From Negaprion brevirostris (lineage: Eukaryota): 64,000 nt of DNA. Numbering within the stretch: the stretch's first letter is position 1; each line of letters starts with the position of its first letter. This document shows, one piece after another, positions 12,886 through 23,849 of the stretch. Both the position numbers and the translations under genes were made by a program. The stretch spans positions 104,751,155 to 104,815,154 of the forward strand of contig JARDVH010000042.1 of NCBI GenBank assembly GCA_030324005.1, read 5' to 3'. The notes under the pieces are model-generated. The model searched no databases. It was not told the origin of the DNA and worked only from the letters and a program-made list of their open reading frames with translations.

Positions 12886-14037
12886 TTCCGTCACTTGGGC
12901 TTCACTAGTCTCGCTTTGCTGTCCAGCTGGAGCCTAACCTAGCTCACCTCATTTCTGGACTGTACAGTGACCTGGCCTCGCTCCAGAGTGGACCCTAACC
13001 TCACCTTGCTCCCATGCTGATTCCGCTTCTTCACAGGACACCCTGAAAAATATCACTCAAAGTTTCCAGCCAGGCTTGAAAACATAGATCTTCAGTTAGT
13101 GGACGGAAGAGAAGAGAGGGGAAAGAAGGGAAGGATTTAGAGAGGGAAATAAGGTGTACGGCAGGAGAGGGAAAGAAAGTGCATAGAGAGAGAGACTGGA
13201 TGGGGTGTGACCTTACAGCATGAATAATCAACCGGGACTTAGGAAAATGTTGTCTGTGTACATAATCGCATTTTGTTGTGATCCCTGCAAGGTGACAGTG
13301 ATGTAGTTGATAACTGTCTTTGGTATCTCAGGAATGGTTTTGTGTGAAAATGACAGCTAAATAGTCAGTTCTAAGTGAAAATAAAATAGGATGATCACCA
13401 GGTGACTGTTCTTGAGTGCAGGTGATATAAAATGATAGTATTTGAGAACAATAGCCATTAAATAATGACAAAAGGATTATAACTTAGTATAGTTGTCAAA
13501 TTAAAGCTGTTGAAAGCACATTATGCCAAACAATATGAAGCATTTTGAGTGAGGATACATAGTTAAGAAAACCTGGACAGCAAAACGGAGAAATTCATAA
13601 ATTATGCCTGTCAGCATGCCAATTAATTTTATTATTAGAGTGCTTTGAGCGATTTTCGAAGCCATTTGGGTTAGGAATCACCGTATAGGTTATCAAAACA
13701 ACTTGGAATAGTCAGTGAGATGTTTTACCTTACGAATGCAGCTGTTTGTCTTTAGTTCTGAATGGAAGCGGTTGTACAGCTGAATGGTGCTATGTTAAAG
13801 TTTTCTTTTTAACATCTTATCTAAAAAGTGATTCTTTTTCTGTTGAAAGGTAAATTGTGGACTGGGGTATTATTGCATGTCTGTTTTAACAACAGAATTG
13901 TGAATGGTACACAAAGCATCCTTATTCCTACACACACATTAATATGGTTGTCTCCTTTAGTGCGAACTCTTCATTTTGTTTTCATCTTTTTCTAACTTCA
14001 TTTACATTTCCTTCCATTTCATCCTTTTTGTTCCCAG

Positions 14038-14118
14038 CCAGAGTCTCTCTGTAGTCGTTCATCAACATTTGTTCAGAAAAGTACCTCTACTAACCCATTC
14101 TCCTTTGATCCATCCAAG
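14038..14118 (+). CDS. MPDZ: Putative MPDZ cassette exon NPF-1 (PESLCSRSSTFVQKSTSTNPFSFDPSK), phase 0-0
   Basis: Long polypyrimidine tract (about 13965-14035) ending ttcccAG; 81 nt open in frame 0; AAG|GTaaaa donor; contains STNPF. Confidence 0.75.
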
Positions 14119-14779
14119 GTAAAAGTATCATTTTACATGTGATAGTTAACCCCTTTGACAACTTGATTCATTCTATGTTCGTCGGCAGTATTTGTTTAGT
14201 GTGCTGAGTGTTTTGAGTTTCACTGCTCTAAAACTAAACAAATAACATACATATTAACAGTTAAATATCAACTTTTCTCAAACATGTTGTATTTCTGTGG
14301 GATTTTAATCAAATTTTTTGTCAGATATGTGCCCTCATGCTTGTCAAATGTTTTGTCATATACTTATTTCCCTCTTGGAAGCAGTTTTCCTTGGAAATAT
14401 TGATATCCTTGAACATTTAGGCAATCATTCAAAGACTTTGTATATTAGGAATTGTTTTATTTTTATAAGTTTGAGTTTGTTTTTGAGAGCAGGTGAGGTA
14501 GGTTAGATTTAAATTGCTACTGTGGGTTTTGATAGAGGATGATATTTCCATCCATATTAATCTGTGGTAATTTAATTGCTTCGCCAGAAGTCTGTATGCT
14601 TTTACGTAAAAATATTTTGGTGCAAAATTGGGAAATCGTTTGTTGCTGTTGTAATAAGGAATAAAGGTAAGCTGTGATACAGAGGTGCAAGTCACAATAT
14701 TCAGCTCTGTAGAACATTCTTTTTCAGTGATACATGTACCATTTTGCCTCTAAAATTGTATCCATTGCATTCAAAGGAC

Positions 14780-15705
14780 AGTGGACGCTATTTTGAGTGA
14801 TGGCATTCGTGCACTGAGATAAATATGCAGAATAGGCAAATCATGATGTCAAGTAATGAGGAAGACTAATTTGGCATCAGACACACACATTGGTTGTCCT
14901 GGCTGAATGAATGGAAGTATGCACACGCTAGGAGGCATGGATGTGAGGTTAGCCACAGTGCTAAGTGTGTGAGGGTGAGATGAAGCAATGCATATTAGGC
15001 AGGAGTAGTAATTAATAGAGATTGCTGGTAGGTAGGTGATGTAATGTGTGGATTAAGCAGTGTATGAAAGCTACTGTTGCAGTTGATGGGATATGGCATT
15101 TCACAGTATATTCATCACTAGTTCAATTATTGAATTCATGGAATAAGACTCATGGCGTAGCCTGACAGCCATGCTACCTGATTCTATTCCCTTTTCAAAG
15201 TTTGTCTGGAGAGCCTCCTGGTCTCTGTGGCTAGATTACAGCTTTCCTACTCCAAAGCCTCCAGAACACTGCTGGAATCTTGGAGCATGGTTTTTGCCCT
15301 ATCGGTCTTGTGTCTTTCCTAGGTCAGAATTGTTTTTAGAATGGCATCCAGCTCCTGCTGCATTCAAAATGAACCCCTTCCCTCCTTTAAAGGCACAACG
15401 TGGTTCAAGTAGTGCAGGTTGGCTTGGACTCTGTCACGATTTTCGTCTCCTGCTCAGGCATACTGCGATCATTGAAATTAGCAGCCAGCATGAAGACCCC
15501 ACTCCCATTTTGGGGGAGGTTATGGAATCTCAAGAGGGTGGCTGCCTCTATGAAACTGAAGATTGAAAGCAAACAAAAGCATCTGTTTGTCGACATAAAC
15601 TTGACCACCATTTGAAAAGTAGTTGTTCGCTTCTCCAAAATTGCCACTGAAGATGAGTAGACAAGACCTTTTACAGATATCCCCTTTGGACAGAGAATTT
15701 CCTTG
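14780..15705 (-). mobile_element. Highly decayed Harbinger-like remnant (Myb-gene side)
   Basis: Composition and layout loosely resemble the 7600-7975 Myb region; no intact ORF. Confidence 0.4.
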
Positions 15706-16651
15706 CAGAATATAGACCTGTATTTGTGTTTAGTTGATACTTACACACTGATCACATTTACTGTCTTCTAAAAGTAGCATGTTATTTTCTGAATTTCATC
15801 CTAATATCCATATTTTGTGAAGAAAGCAAGTTAGAGATGGCATTATATATACTTCACGTAGTCAGGTGCCCTATTCAAATTGCATTTGGAATAGAATTTA
15901 AAGTTGGTTAGAATATGTCATGAAATAAAAAACTAAGTTGATAAATACAAAAGAACCTTACATAAACAAAAAACTTGAAAGACTATAAGTTTTTACCCCA
16001 TTACAAAATCTCCTGGTTTACCAGAACTTTAGTTATTTGCAGCTAGCAAATCTGAATAAAGATATTGGTCAGAATTCTCTGGCCATTCATGCCCCGCATT
16101 CAGCCAAATCTCCATTCACTGAAGGGGAGAGGATAATCNNNNNNNNNNNNNNNNNNNNNNNNNNNNNNNNNNNNNNNNNNNNNNNNNNNNNNNNNNNNNN
16201 NNNNNNNNNNNNNNNNNNNNNNNNNNNNNNNNNNNNNNNNNNNNNNNNNNNNNNNNNNNNNNNNNNNNNNNNNNNNNNNNNNNNNNNNNNNNNNNNNNNN
16301 NNNNNNNNNNNNNNNNNNNNNNNNNNNNNNNNNNNNNNNNNNNNNNNAGCTGTGATTTTGGATTAGGAGAAAGATTAAATTGATTAATGTGACTCTAAAG
16401 ATAAACTGAAGGGGCGATCTGTCCTGTTATTTCTATTTTGTCTCTATATGCCCAGGAGGAACTTCTGTATGAAAGGAATGTGAGCTAGAGGAGCATTATG
16501 ATATCATAGCACAGATGATTTAATCCACATTTCTTTGAGGATTGCTCAATTTTCACCTTGTTTCTATCTGATCCTTGTAATGTTAGGGATTATCAGTTTT
16601 TGTGAGAACGTTTTGTTGCAGCTTGTGACTTTACTTTTGTCTTGGTTTCAG

Positions 16652-16756
16652 AAACAACCTTTGTCTTTCCTGCAATCTAACCCCTTGCCTGAATCGAGCA
16701 GTGGCAGCAGCAATACTAACCCATTTGCTGACTCTTTTCAGACCCGCAATAGCCAG
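16652..16756 (+). CDS. MPDZ: MPDZ cassette exon NPF-2 (KQPLSFLQSNPLPESSSGSSNTNPFADSFQTRNSQ), phase 0-0; probable orthologue of the mammalian NPF-containing segment
   Basis: cttggtttcAG acceptor, CAG|GTtgga donor, 105 nt; resembles recalled human KSPLPSLLHNLYPKYNFSSTNPFADSLQINADK. Confidence 0.88.
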
Positions 16757-16765
16757 GTTGGATGA

Positions 16766-16775
16766 TGCATGCATG
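16766..16775 (+). promoter_or_regulatory. Two overlapping UGCAUG (RBFOX) motifs just downstream of the NPF-2 donor
   Basis: tgcatgcatg begins 10 nt into the intron; a further TGCATG lies at 17009-17014. Confidence 0.55.
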
Positions 16776-17729
16776 TTCTTTTTTTTTTCAGTCTAAGAAC
16801 TTTTTTTGGTGTGTTGCTTTTATTTTAATTGCACTTGACAATTTTCATAATACTTTTTAAAACTAAAATATTAACTATAATATTTTGCTATAATTACTGT
16901 TAAGAAATATTATTTATCAATAACATAAAACTGTTCTGTATGTAGAGAGGCTGAAAATTTAGATATTTAGAAATTTAAATAATGGTATTGTTCTGTGATT
17001 AGACTTGATGCATGCCGTTGGGTGCGGAGGAAATTTATATTTAATCTGATTTATTGATCTCAGATTATTTGTTGAGGGTATTGGGAACAAAAAGCAGGAA
17101 AATTCCTTTTCCTAACACACAGTGCAGAAAATTCTCCCATTAGGACTCTAAAAGGGCTAGGTAATGCGGACCAAGGTGAGCTGTTTCACCTTGTCCTGAA
17201 GAGCTAAACCAGAGCGCACAATACTTGAAAGAGAATGAATTCAAAAGTAATCTGCAGAAACAACATTTAATTGTATTGATCCGTGGAACAGAAGTCCTAG
17301 GAACTTGGTGGAAGTGGATGGTATTGAACTATTCAGATGAAAATTAGATGGGTTTCTTTAAGAGTACAAATACTTTGGGATACATCATATATATAATTTA
17401 AGATGCGGTAAGTATGGGGCGCTTGGGAGGAACAGTTCACCTATGGTGGACCCATGATTCCCAAAGCTTGGGACACTGAGATATACCTTGCCCCATGTCT
17501 AGATCTGTTGTAAATTAATAGATTAAAATTGATCGTTCGGTTAGTCAACAATGCCGTTCTTGTACCATGCAGCTACTAGATGATAGAAGGTAAACTAGAT
17601 CATCTATCTTCATTTACCAATTCTTGTGTTCCTATCTTACTTCATCACTTACTGTGTGTTTAGGTGTGAATGGTGAATTGTCTAAAATGGCAAAAGCAAG
17701 GTGCTTATCCTGTTTTCTAACATGGAAAC

Positions 17730-18510
17730 AAAAATAGGCCAATTAGCAAGCCCAACTCTGCTCACCATTCAGTTAGATCTTGGCTTTTATTATATATAAT
17801 TTAGTTACTTTTGATCCATGCCCCTTGATATACCCTTACCCAACAAAAATCCATTCATAATAGCCATGACTATTTCTCTTATACAGAATCCACAGCCTTT
17901 GAGGAGAGAATTCTAGGTTTCTTTAATCTTTTGCTCAGATAAAATACTTTCTGATTTAGCTCTTAACTGACCTATCACTGGTTTTAATATTATGGTCTCT
18001 TGTTCTGGATGCCATCACCAGAGGAAACAGTTTTTCTTAACTACCCCATCAAAACCCCTTACCTCTTTAAGCACCTTAATTATATCATCACTCAATCTTG
18101 TAAATTTACAAGAAAACAAACCAGGTTTATGCACTTGCCTCCAAAGTTAACTGTTACAGCCCTCATATCTTTCTGGTAAATTATCCTTAATTGTCTTGGC
18201 CAATGTGTATTTACAGAAGTTTGGTGTCCAACACTAAATGCATAGACAGGAACTAACCAAAACTCTGTACAACTCCAAACTCCTTCAACTTTTGAACTCC
18301 AGGCCTCTGAGATAAAGACCAACATTCCATTAGTCTGTTTGAACTTTTGCACTTTCTTTTAGTGATTGTGTAGATGGACTTTTAAATCCCTTTGCTCCTC
18401 CACAGATCCTACAAAAAAAGTTGTTCTTTCCTTCTCAGATCCAAAGGATTTAGTTTAGTTTATCTTAGAGTTAAATTGCACTTTCCCACATTGAAGTCCA
18501 CTTGCTTTAC
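17730..18510 (-). mobile_element. Old CR1-type LINE fragment
   Basis: ORF 18092..18352 starts with QTNGMLVFIS (cf. KANGMLAFI); reverse CR1 tail near 17735. Confidence 0.7.
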
Positions 18511-19457
18511 TTTTTGTCTCTTTGCAACCTTTGCTCTCATCCAAGTAACTTAATGATCTTCTTAATTTACTGTCATATGAAAATGTGGTGAAACCACTCT
18601 ATTCTTTCAGCCAAGATTTTGCTGGAAATGTTGAGGCTTCAATCCAGGTCCTTAGAGAACAACAACCATCACATTCCACTAACCAGGGAGCATTCCACTC
18701 TCTAGTTCCAAATCACTTAATGACCATTATCAAAATGTTACTTTCAATTCCTTCTGCTAGGTTTTTGCTAATTGTTTCTCAGCTGGAGTACAGGTGTTTC
18801 CCCACCAAAGGGGAAGGGAAACTGAAAGATGAAACACTTGCCACTCAGTACCATCTTTTGGCTGAAGTGTTGACAATAGCACGGGAAATGATTGCCTTTC
18901 TATCTTAGCAAGGGCAATGGGGAATCTAAATGAGATACTAAAAGGGTGAAAATACCAACACCAAAACTGATTTTCATATTGTAAGTATCATTTTTATATT
19001 GTCATATTTAAATTAAAGTGCTGGAGGAAATATTAAAATTAGTGCATTCCATATGATAAAATCCATTCTTGATACATTGGAATTGTATATTTGTCTCCCT
19101 GATAAACTTCAGCTTCAAAATCACAACTGCTATTTGGCTGCTATGCATCAACTCAACACTGATTGAGATTTGAACTTTGGAACTACTTGATCTGTGGCTT
19201 AGCCTCAGATTTAGTGAACTCCCTGACCCATAAAAAAAAAACTTTTTTGAGATTTATTTCTAACTTATGGCCCCCACAACCTTAAACATTTACTTATAAC
19301 ATCATTCCCATAATATGCTATCAGAAGTAGTATCCGTTACATCAATGATGAAAACGTATATTCTGAAGTACAAATAACATTTTTTTTCTCAATTATTCTT
19401 GACCTTTCCACTGACTCTACATTGTCATACTGCTTCAACAATCTCCTGTACTAAATG

Positions 19458-19762
19458 AGTTGGCACAGCGGTTAGCCTGCTGCCTCACAGCATCAGGGAC
19501 CTAGTTCAGTTCCGGCCTCGGGTCACTGTCTGTGCACATTCTCCTCCATCTGTGTGCATTTCCTCTGGGTACTCCGGTTTCTTCCCTCAGTCCAAAGATG
19601 TGTGGGTTGGGTTGAATGGCCATGCTATATTGACCCTAGTGTCAGGGGGATTAGCAGGATAAATATGTGGGATTATGGGAATAGGGCCTCCGTTGGGATT
19701 GTGGTCGGTGCAGACCTGATGGGCCAAATGGCTTCCTTCAGCGCTCTAGGGATTCTATGAAA
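19458..19762 (+). mobile_element. tRNA-derived SINE (HE1/V-SINE-like) with CR1-type tail
   Basis: ggcacagcggttagc...gcctcacagc head, shared core ggtttcttccctcagtccaaagatgtg, tail gatgggccaaatggcttcc...gattctatga. Confidence 0.9.
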
Positions 19763-20019
19763 TTTCCTCCAGTTAGATACAGCAAAGGCTGAAGTCATTG
19801 CCTTCTCTTCCTGCTACAAAATTCTGTTCCCAATCCACTGGTTCCTTGGACAACGTGACTTACATATTTGGATGAGAAAACATTTAAAGAAATAACCTAA
19901 AGATTTGGTTTCTGTAGTTGTACTAGCTTATAGCCTGACCTGCTGTTTCATAAAATGTTATCTTTAATGGGCTGGTTATGAGTATTCCTTTACCTGATAG
20001 CATTTATGCATTTTAATAG

Positions 20020-20106
20020 ACCTCTACAACTACAAATGATGAGAAGGCCTTCTGTCAAGCCCCTTATTTTATGACCAAAAATCCATTTTCTGAAAATAAA
20101 TTCAAG
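20020..20106 (+). CDS. MPDZ: Putative MPDZ cassette exon NPF-3 (TSTTTNDEKAFCQAPYFMTKNPFSENKFK), phase 0-0
   Basis: gcattttaatAG acceptor (weak tract), 87 nt open frame, AAG|GTtagt donor; NPF at the same distance from the donor as in NPF-1 and NPF-4. Confidence 0.65.
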
Positions 20107-20315
20107 GTTAGTGAATCACTCTGATGTGATCTTAATTCCTACTGACAAGAACGATGATGTAGTAATAACAGGGATGTACACTGGATTAATTTAATAAATT
20201 AAAAATGTTTAATCAAATTACAGATTGCAATTATTAATTTTCAGAAATTACCAGTAACATCTAAAGATGAGGATATTTGCCTCATTTCAACCATTTGTTT
20301 GTTTTGTTGTCGTAG

Positions 20316-20387
20316 GTCTCTGCATATCGACCTAGGACTTTTCTGCGCCCTTTCCCAACTAACCCATTTGCAATCAATCCATTTAAG
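20316..20387 (+). CDS. MPDZ: Putative MPDZ cassette exon NPF-4 (VSAYRPRTFLRPFPTNPFAINPFK), phase 0-0, two NPF motifs
   Basis: tttgtttgttttgttgtcgtAG acceptor, 72 nt open frame, AAG|GTttgt donor; TNPFAINPFK. Confidence 0.75.
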
Positions 20388-21629
20388 GTTTGTCTCATCA
20401 CACTGGGTTTTTGGATCAGATGTAACTGCTGTAATTTACATGTGAATGTGATTCTTAACGGTGATGTGGAAAGTTGATTATAATGGCTAAGATCACCAGG
20501 GGGATTATAATTGGCCTTACAATTCCTCTTTAATGCAAAAATTGAGCAAACAGGTTTCCCCTTACTGATTTGCTTCTTCCTGAGATACTAGAAGTGTATT
20601 TGTGTTGATGTTGGCCAAGGACAGGAGTGGGCTAAGCTATACTGCCTTTCAATGACCAATAACATACCAAGATTTACAATCTAAATTCAATAAAGAATAA
20701 CCGCTTGAATTGTAAAGTATCCAGTGCCGCTGAAATCATGTTCAATAAGGAGTTGATACCCTGAGAAGGGGGGGGTAGGGGGAGAGAAAATTTGGAGGAA
20801 AATGTTTTTAATATTTCTTTTAATAAACTTTTTTTCTACTTGNNNNNNNNNNNNNNNNNNNNNNNNNNNNNNNNNNNNNNNNNNNNNNNNNNNNNNNNNN
20901 NNNNNNNNNNNNNNNNNNNNNNNNNNNNNNNNNNNNNNNNNNACATATTTATTGGTTATTACTAACCAATGTTCTGAAGAAAAAAGTATGGAAAATCTTG
21001 CTTAGAGGAAATTTTAGGTGTTTGGATAACAAAATTAAAATCATACCAAGATCAAAACAAAACAAAAAACAATGTGGAAAAACAAACCTGCCTCCAGTCA
21101 ACAAGCCCCCATAACAAATTCACAATTAAGTAGCATCAAAACTCAAATAAAAGTATTACTCAAGAAACAGGTAACTTAGAAAATGAGTTTTAATATCTTT
21201 CTCTTGTTTAATCTCAGTATATAAATGAAAAGTTGTTCTCTGAATTGATACCGGAAAAAAAAGTGGACCATGTTCCTTTTCACTGCCATTATAGTGGGAA
21301 AAATAAATTTCATTTTCTTGGCACCAGTAAAGTGTGACTTAAACCAAATAGTGTTTGGCAGAACATCTTGAGTGAGGATCATATCCTACTAAGTGATAAG
21401 CAAGAGGTACAATTAAATGCAGCAGTGATTCAGAATTCTGTCCCATTCAAGACAGATATTTTACCAATGTTGCTAATGACAAAACCCTTGCAACCATTTG
21501 TATTTTGTGTCCTTGATAGTATCATAGAATGGCTACAGCACAGATAGAGGTCATTCAGCCTTGTGACTAGATAGCTCTCAGTAAGAGCAAGTTGCTTAGT
21601 CTAGCCTCTCTGCCCTTTGCCTTTTGAAA

Positions 21630-22385
21630 GCTGATTGAATATATTTTGGAAAAATGTGATATTATCTACTTTGGGAGGAGGAACAGATGTTCAGGGTATT
21701 TCTTAAATGGTAAATGATTAGAAAGTGCAGATGTACAAAGGGACCTGGGTGTCTTTGTCAGTTAGTCATTGAAAGCTAATGTGTGGATGCAACAAGCAAT
21801 TAGGAAGGCTAATGGTATGTTAACCTTTGTCGCAACATATTAAGTACAAAATCTAACTTCATTTGTATACCATCTTGGTTATACCTGGATTACTGTGTGC
21901 AGCTTTGCCCCCATTTCTTAGGAAGGTTTTATTGCCATACAGGGAGTGCAACAAAGGTTCACCAGACTTGTTCCCGGAATTGTGAGGCTGCCCTATGAAG
22001 ACATTTTGGGGAAACTGGGCCTGTATTCTCTGGAGTTTCGAAGAATGAGAAGTGACCTGATCAAATCAAAATACTTAAAAGGATAGAGTAGATTGCAAGC
22101 ACGATGTTTCCCCTGGAAGGGAGTGGAGGATAGGAGATATAATTTCAAAATAAAAGTGGAAGCCACTTAGGATAGAAATGAGTACAGTTTATTTTACTCA
22201 GAGGGTTGTGAATTGTAGTAATCCTCTAACTCAGAGGACTGGAAATTCAGCGATTGTGTTTAAAGCAGAGGTTGACAGGTTTCTAAATACCAGTGAATAA
22301 AGGAACGTGGGCACAGTGTGGGGGGAAAAAGATGGAATGACAGAGCAGTCTCGATGATCTGAATGGCTTACTCCTCTTCCTATGA
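21630..22385 (+). mobile_element. CR1-type LINE 3' fragment
   Basis: ggacctgggtgtc (DLGV), aaggctaatggtatg (KANGM), tttactcagagggttgtg (FTQRVV), tail ending ctcttcctatg. Confidence 0.85.
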
Positions 22386-22389
22386 ATGT

Positions 22390-23820
22390 CCATCCACCAC
22401 TCTTTAAAGTAGTTGATCCCAGATTATAATCACTCTGTGCGTTTGAGGCTTTTTTCCCTTATGTTGCCTTTATTTTTCTGCCAATCACTTGAAATCTGTG
22501 TGTGCTGGTCCTCAACCCTTTCNNNNNNNNNNNNNNNNNNNNNNNNNNNNNNNNNNNNNNNNNNNNNNNNNNNNNNNNNNNNNNNNNNNNNNNNNNNNNN
22601 NNNNNNNNNNNNNNNNNNNNNNTGTGTCTCCTGGTCCTCAACCCTTTCACCAATGGAAACAATTTCATCTGTCCACTCAGTCTAGACTCCTCATGATTTT
22701 GAACACCTGTATTGAATCTGCTCACAACATTCTCTTCTCCACAGATAACAGCCCCAACCTCACCAAATCATCTACAAACCTTTGTCCTAAGTCTTTTAAG
22801 CATCATCTACAGAACTTTCATCTTCTTCCTGAAGTCTGGTGTCCACAATTGTACAAAGTACTCCAGTTCAGGTCCAACCAGAAAAAAAATGATCGTAGTA
22901 TTGATCTGGAGTACCACTGTGTAACTTCCTCCAGTCTGAAAAGCACTACATTCTGTTTCTTCTTACATAGCTGATCTCGTATTTGCTCTGCCACTGTCCC
23001 TTTTATTACAACTGCTTCTGCTTTGCCCTCAAGTCTAAGCCCAGACACATCACTACATACTGTGTTACCTTCATCAACATTCTCAGTTAGCTGACTAAGA
23101 AACTCCCAATCAAGTTAGTTAAACATGATTTCCCTATAATAAATGCATGCTTTTGTCTAAATGGTATTAATTTTATGCCGGTTTACTATTTCTGAAACCT
23201 TACCCACCATCAAGGTTAAATTGAGTGGTCTGTAGTTGCTTGGTTTATCCTTCCACCCTGTTTGAACAAGGGTGTATCTTATGCAATTCTCCAGGCCTCT
23301 GATAACGTTCCCATATTGATGGAGGATTTAACAATCACAGCCAGCATATCCACACTTTCCCTCTTCATTCTTGACCGCATTGCAGCCGGTCCTGGTGATT
23401 TATCTACTTTTCAATACAGCTGGCCTTAATAGTCCAACCTTTATCATATTTTAGCATGTGCAGTTTCTCAACTACCTCCTCCTTCATCATGACTTTAATA
23501 GCATTTTCTTCCTTGGTGAGGTCAGATGCAAATTATTCATTCTGTACCTCAGCCCTGCTAAGGTACCTATTGCCTCCTTGTATAGGCCTCCTTTATGGTT
23601 CCTGACTGGCATTATATCTCTTTTAACTTCCCTTTAATTGTTTCTATGCTTAAAGAAAACCTGGATTTCTTTTTGTATTAGTTGACAGTCTATTGACACA
23701 TCGTTCTATTCCCCTCTTTCCTTTTTTCAAAATTTTCTATGTGCAGTCTGGTCCTCACTTACATTATCAATCTGATATCTGTCACATGCACCCTTTTCCT
23801 CCTTTATCCCACTCTGTAGG
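22390..23820 (-). mobile_element. Old fragmented CR1-type LINE
   Basis: Minus-strand ORFs with KLFPLVKGLRTRRH and LYNCGHQT; reverse GNYRP-like segment near 23225. Confidence 0.7.
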
Positions 23821-23849
23821 CTGAATCTTTGTACTTGATTGTTGACCAG

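Noticed and set aside
14486-14500. Possible micro-exon agagcag|gtgagg
   Set aside because: Poor acceptor context, and no peptide or phase support.
15370-15385. Additional NPF-coding triplets, such as MNPFPP in ORF 15171..15566 and LNPF near 22515 and 22640
   Set aside because: They lie inside transposon remnants and lack flanking in-phase splice sites, so they were not counted in the NPF array.
19458-19530. tRNA-like box A/B heads in many places
   Set aside because: They are SINE heads followed by core and tail sequence, not tRNA genes.
20139-20146. Branch-point-like ctactgac about 38 nt after the NPF-3 donor, which could force steric mutual exclusion of NPF-3 and NPF-4
   Set aside because: It is followed by several AG dinucleotides and no polypyrimidine tract, so it lacks the AG-exclusion zone of a distal branch point.
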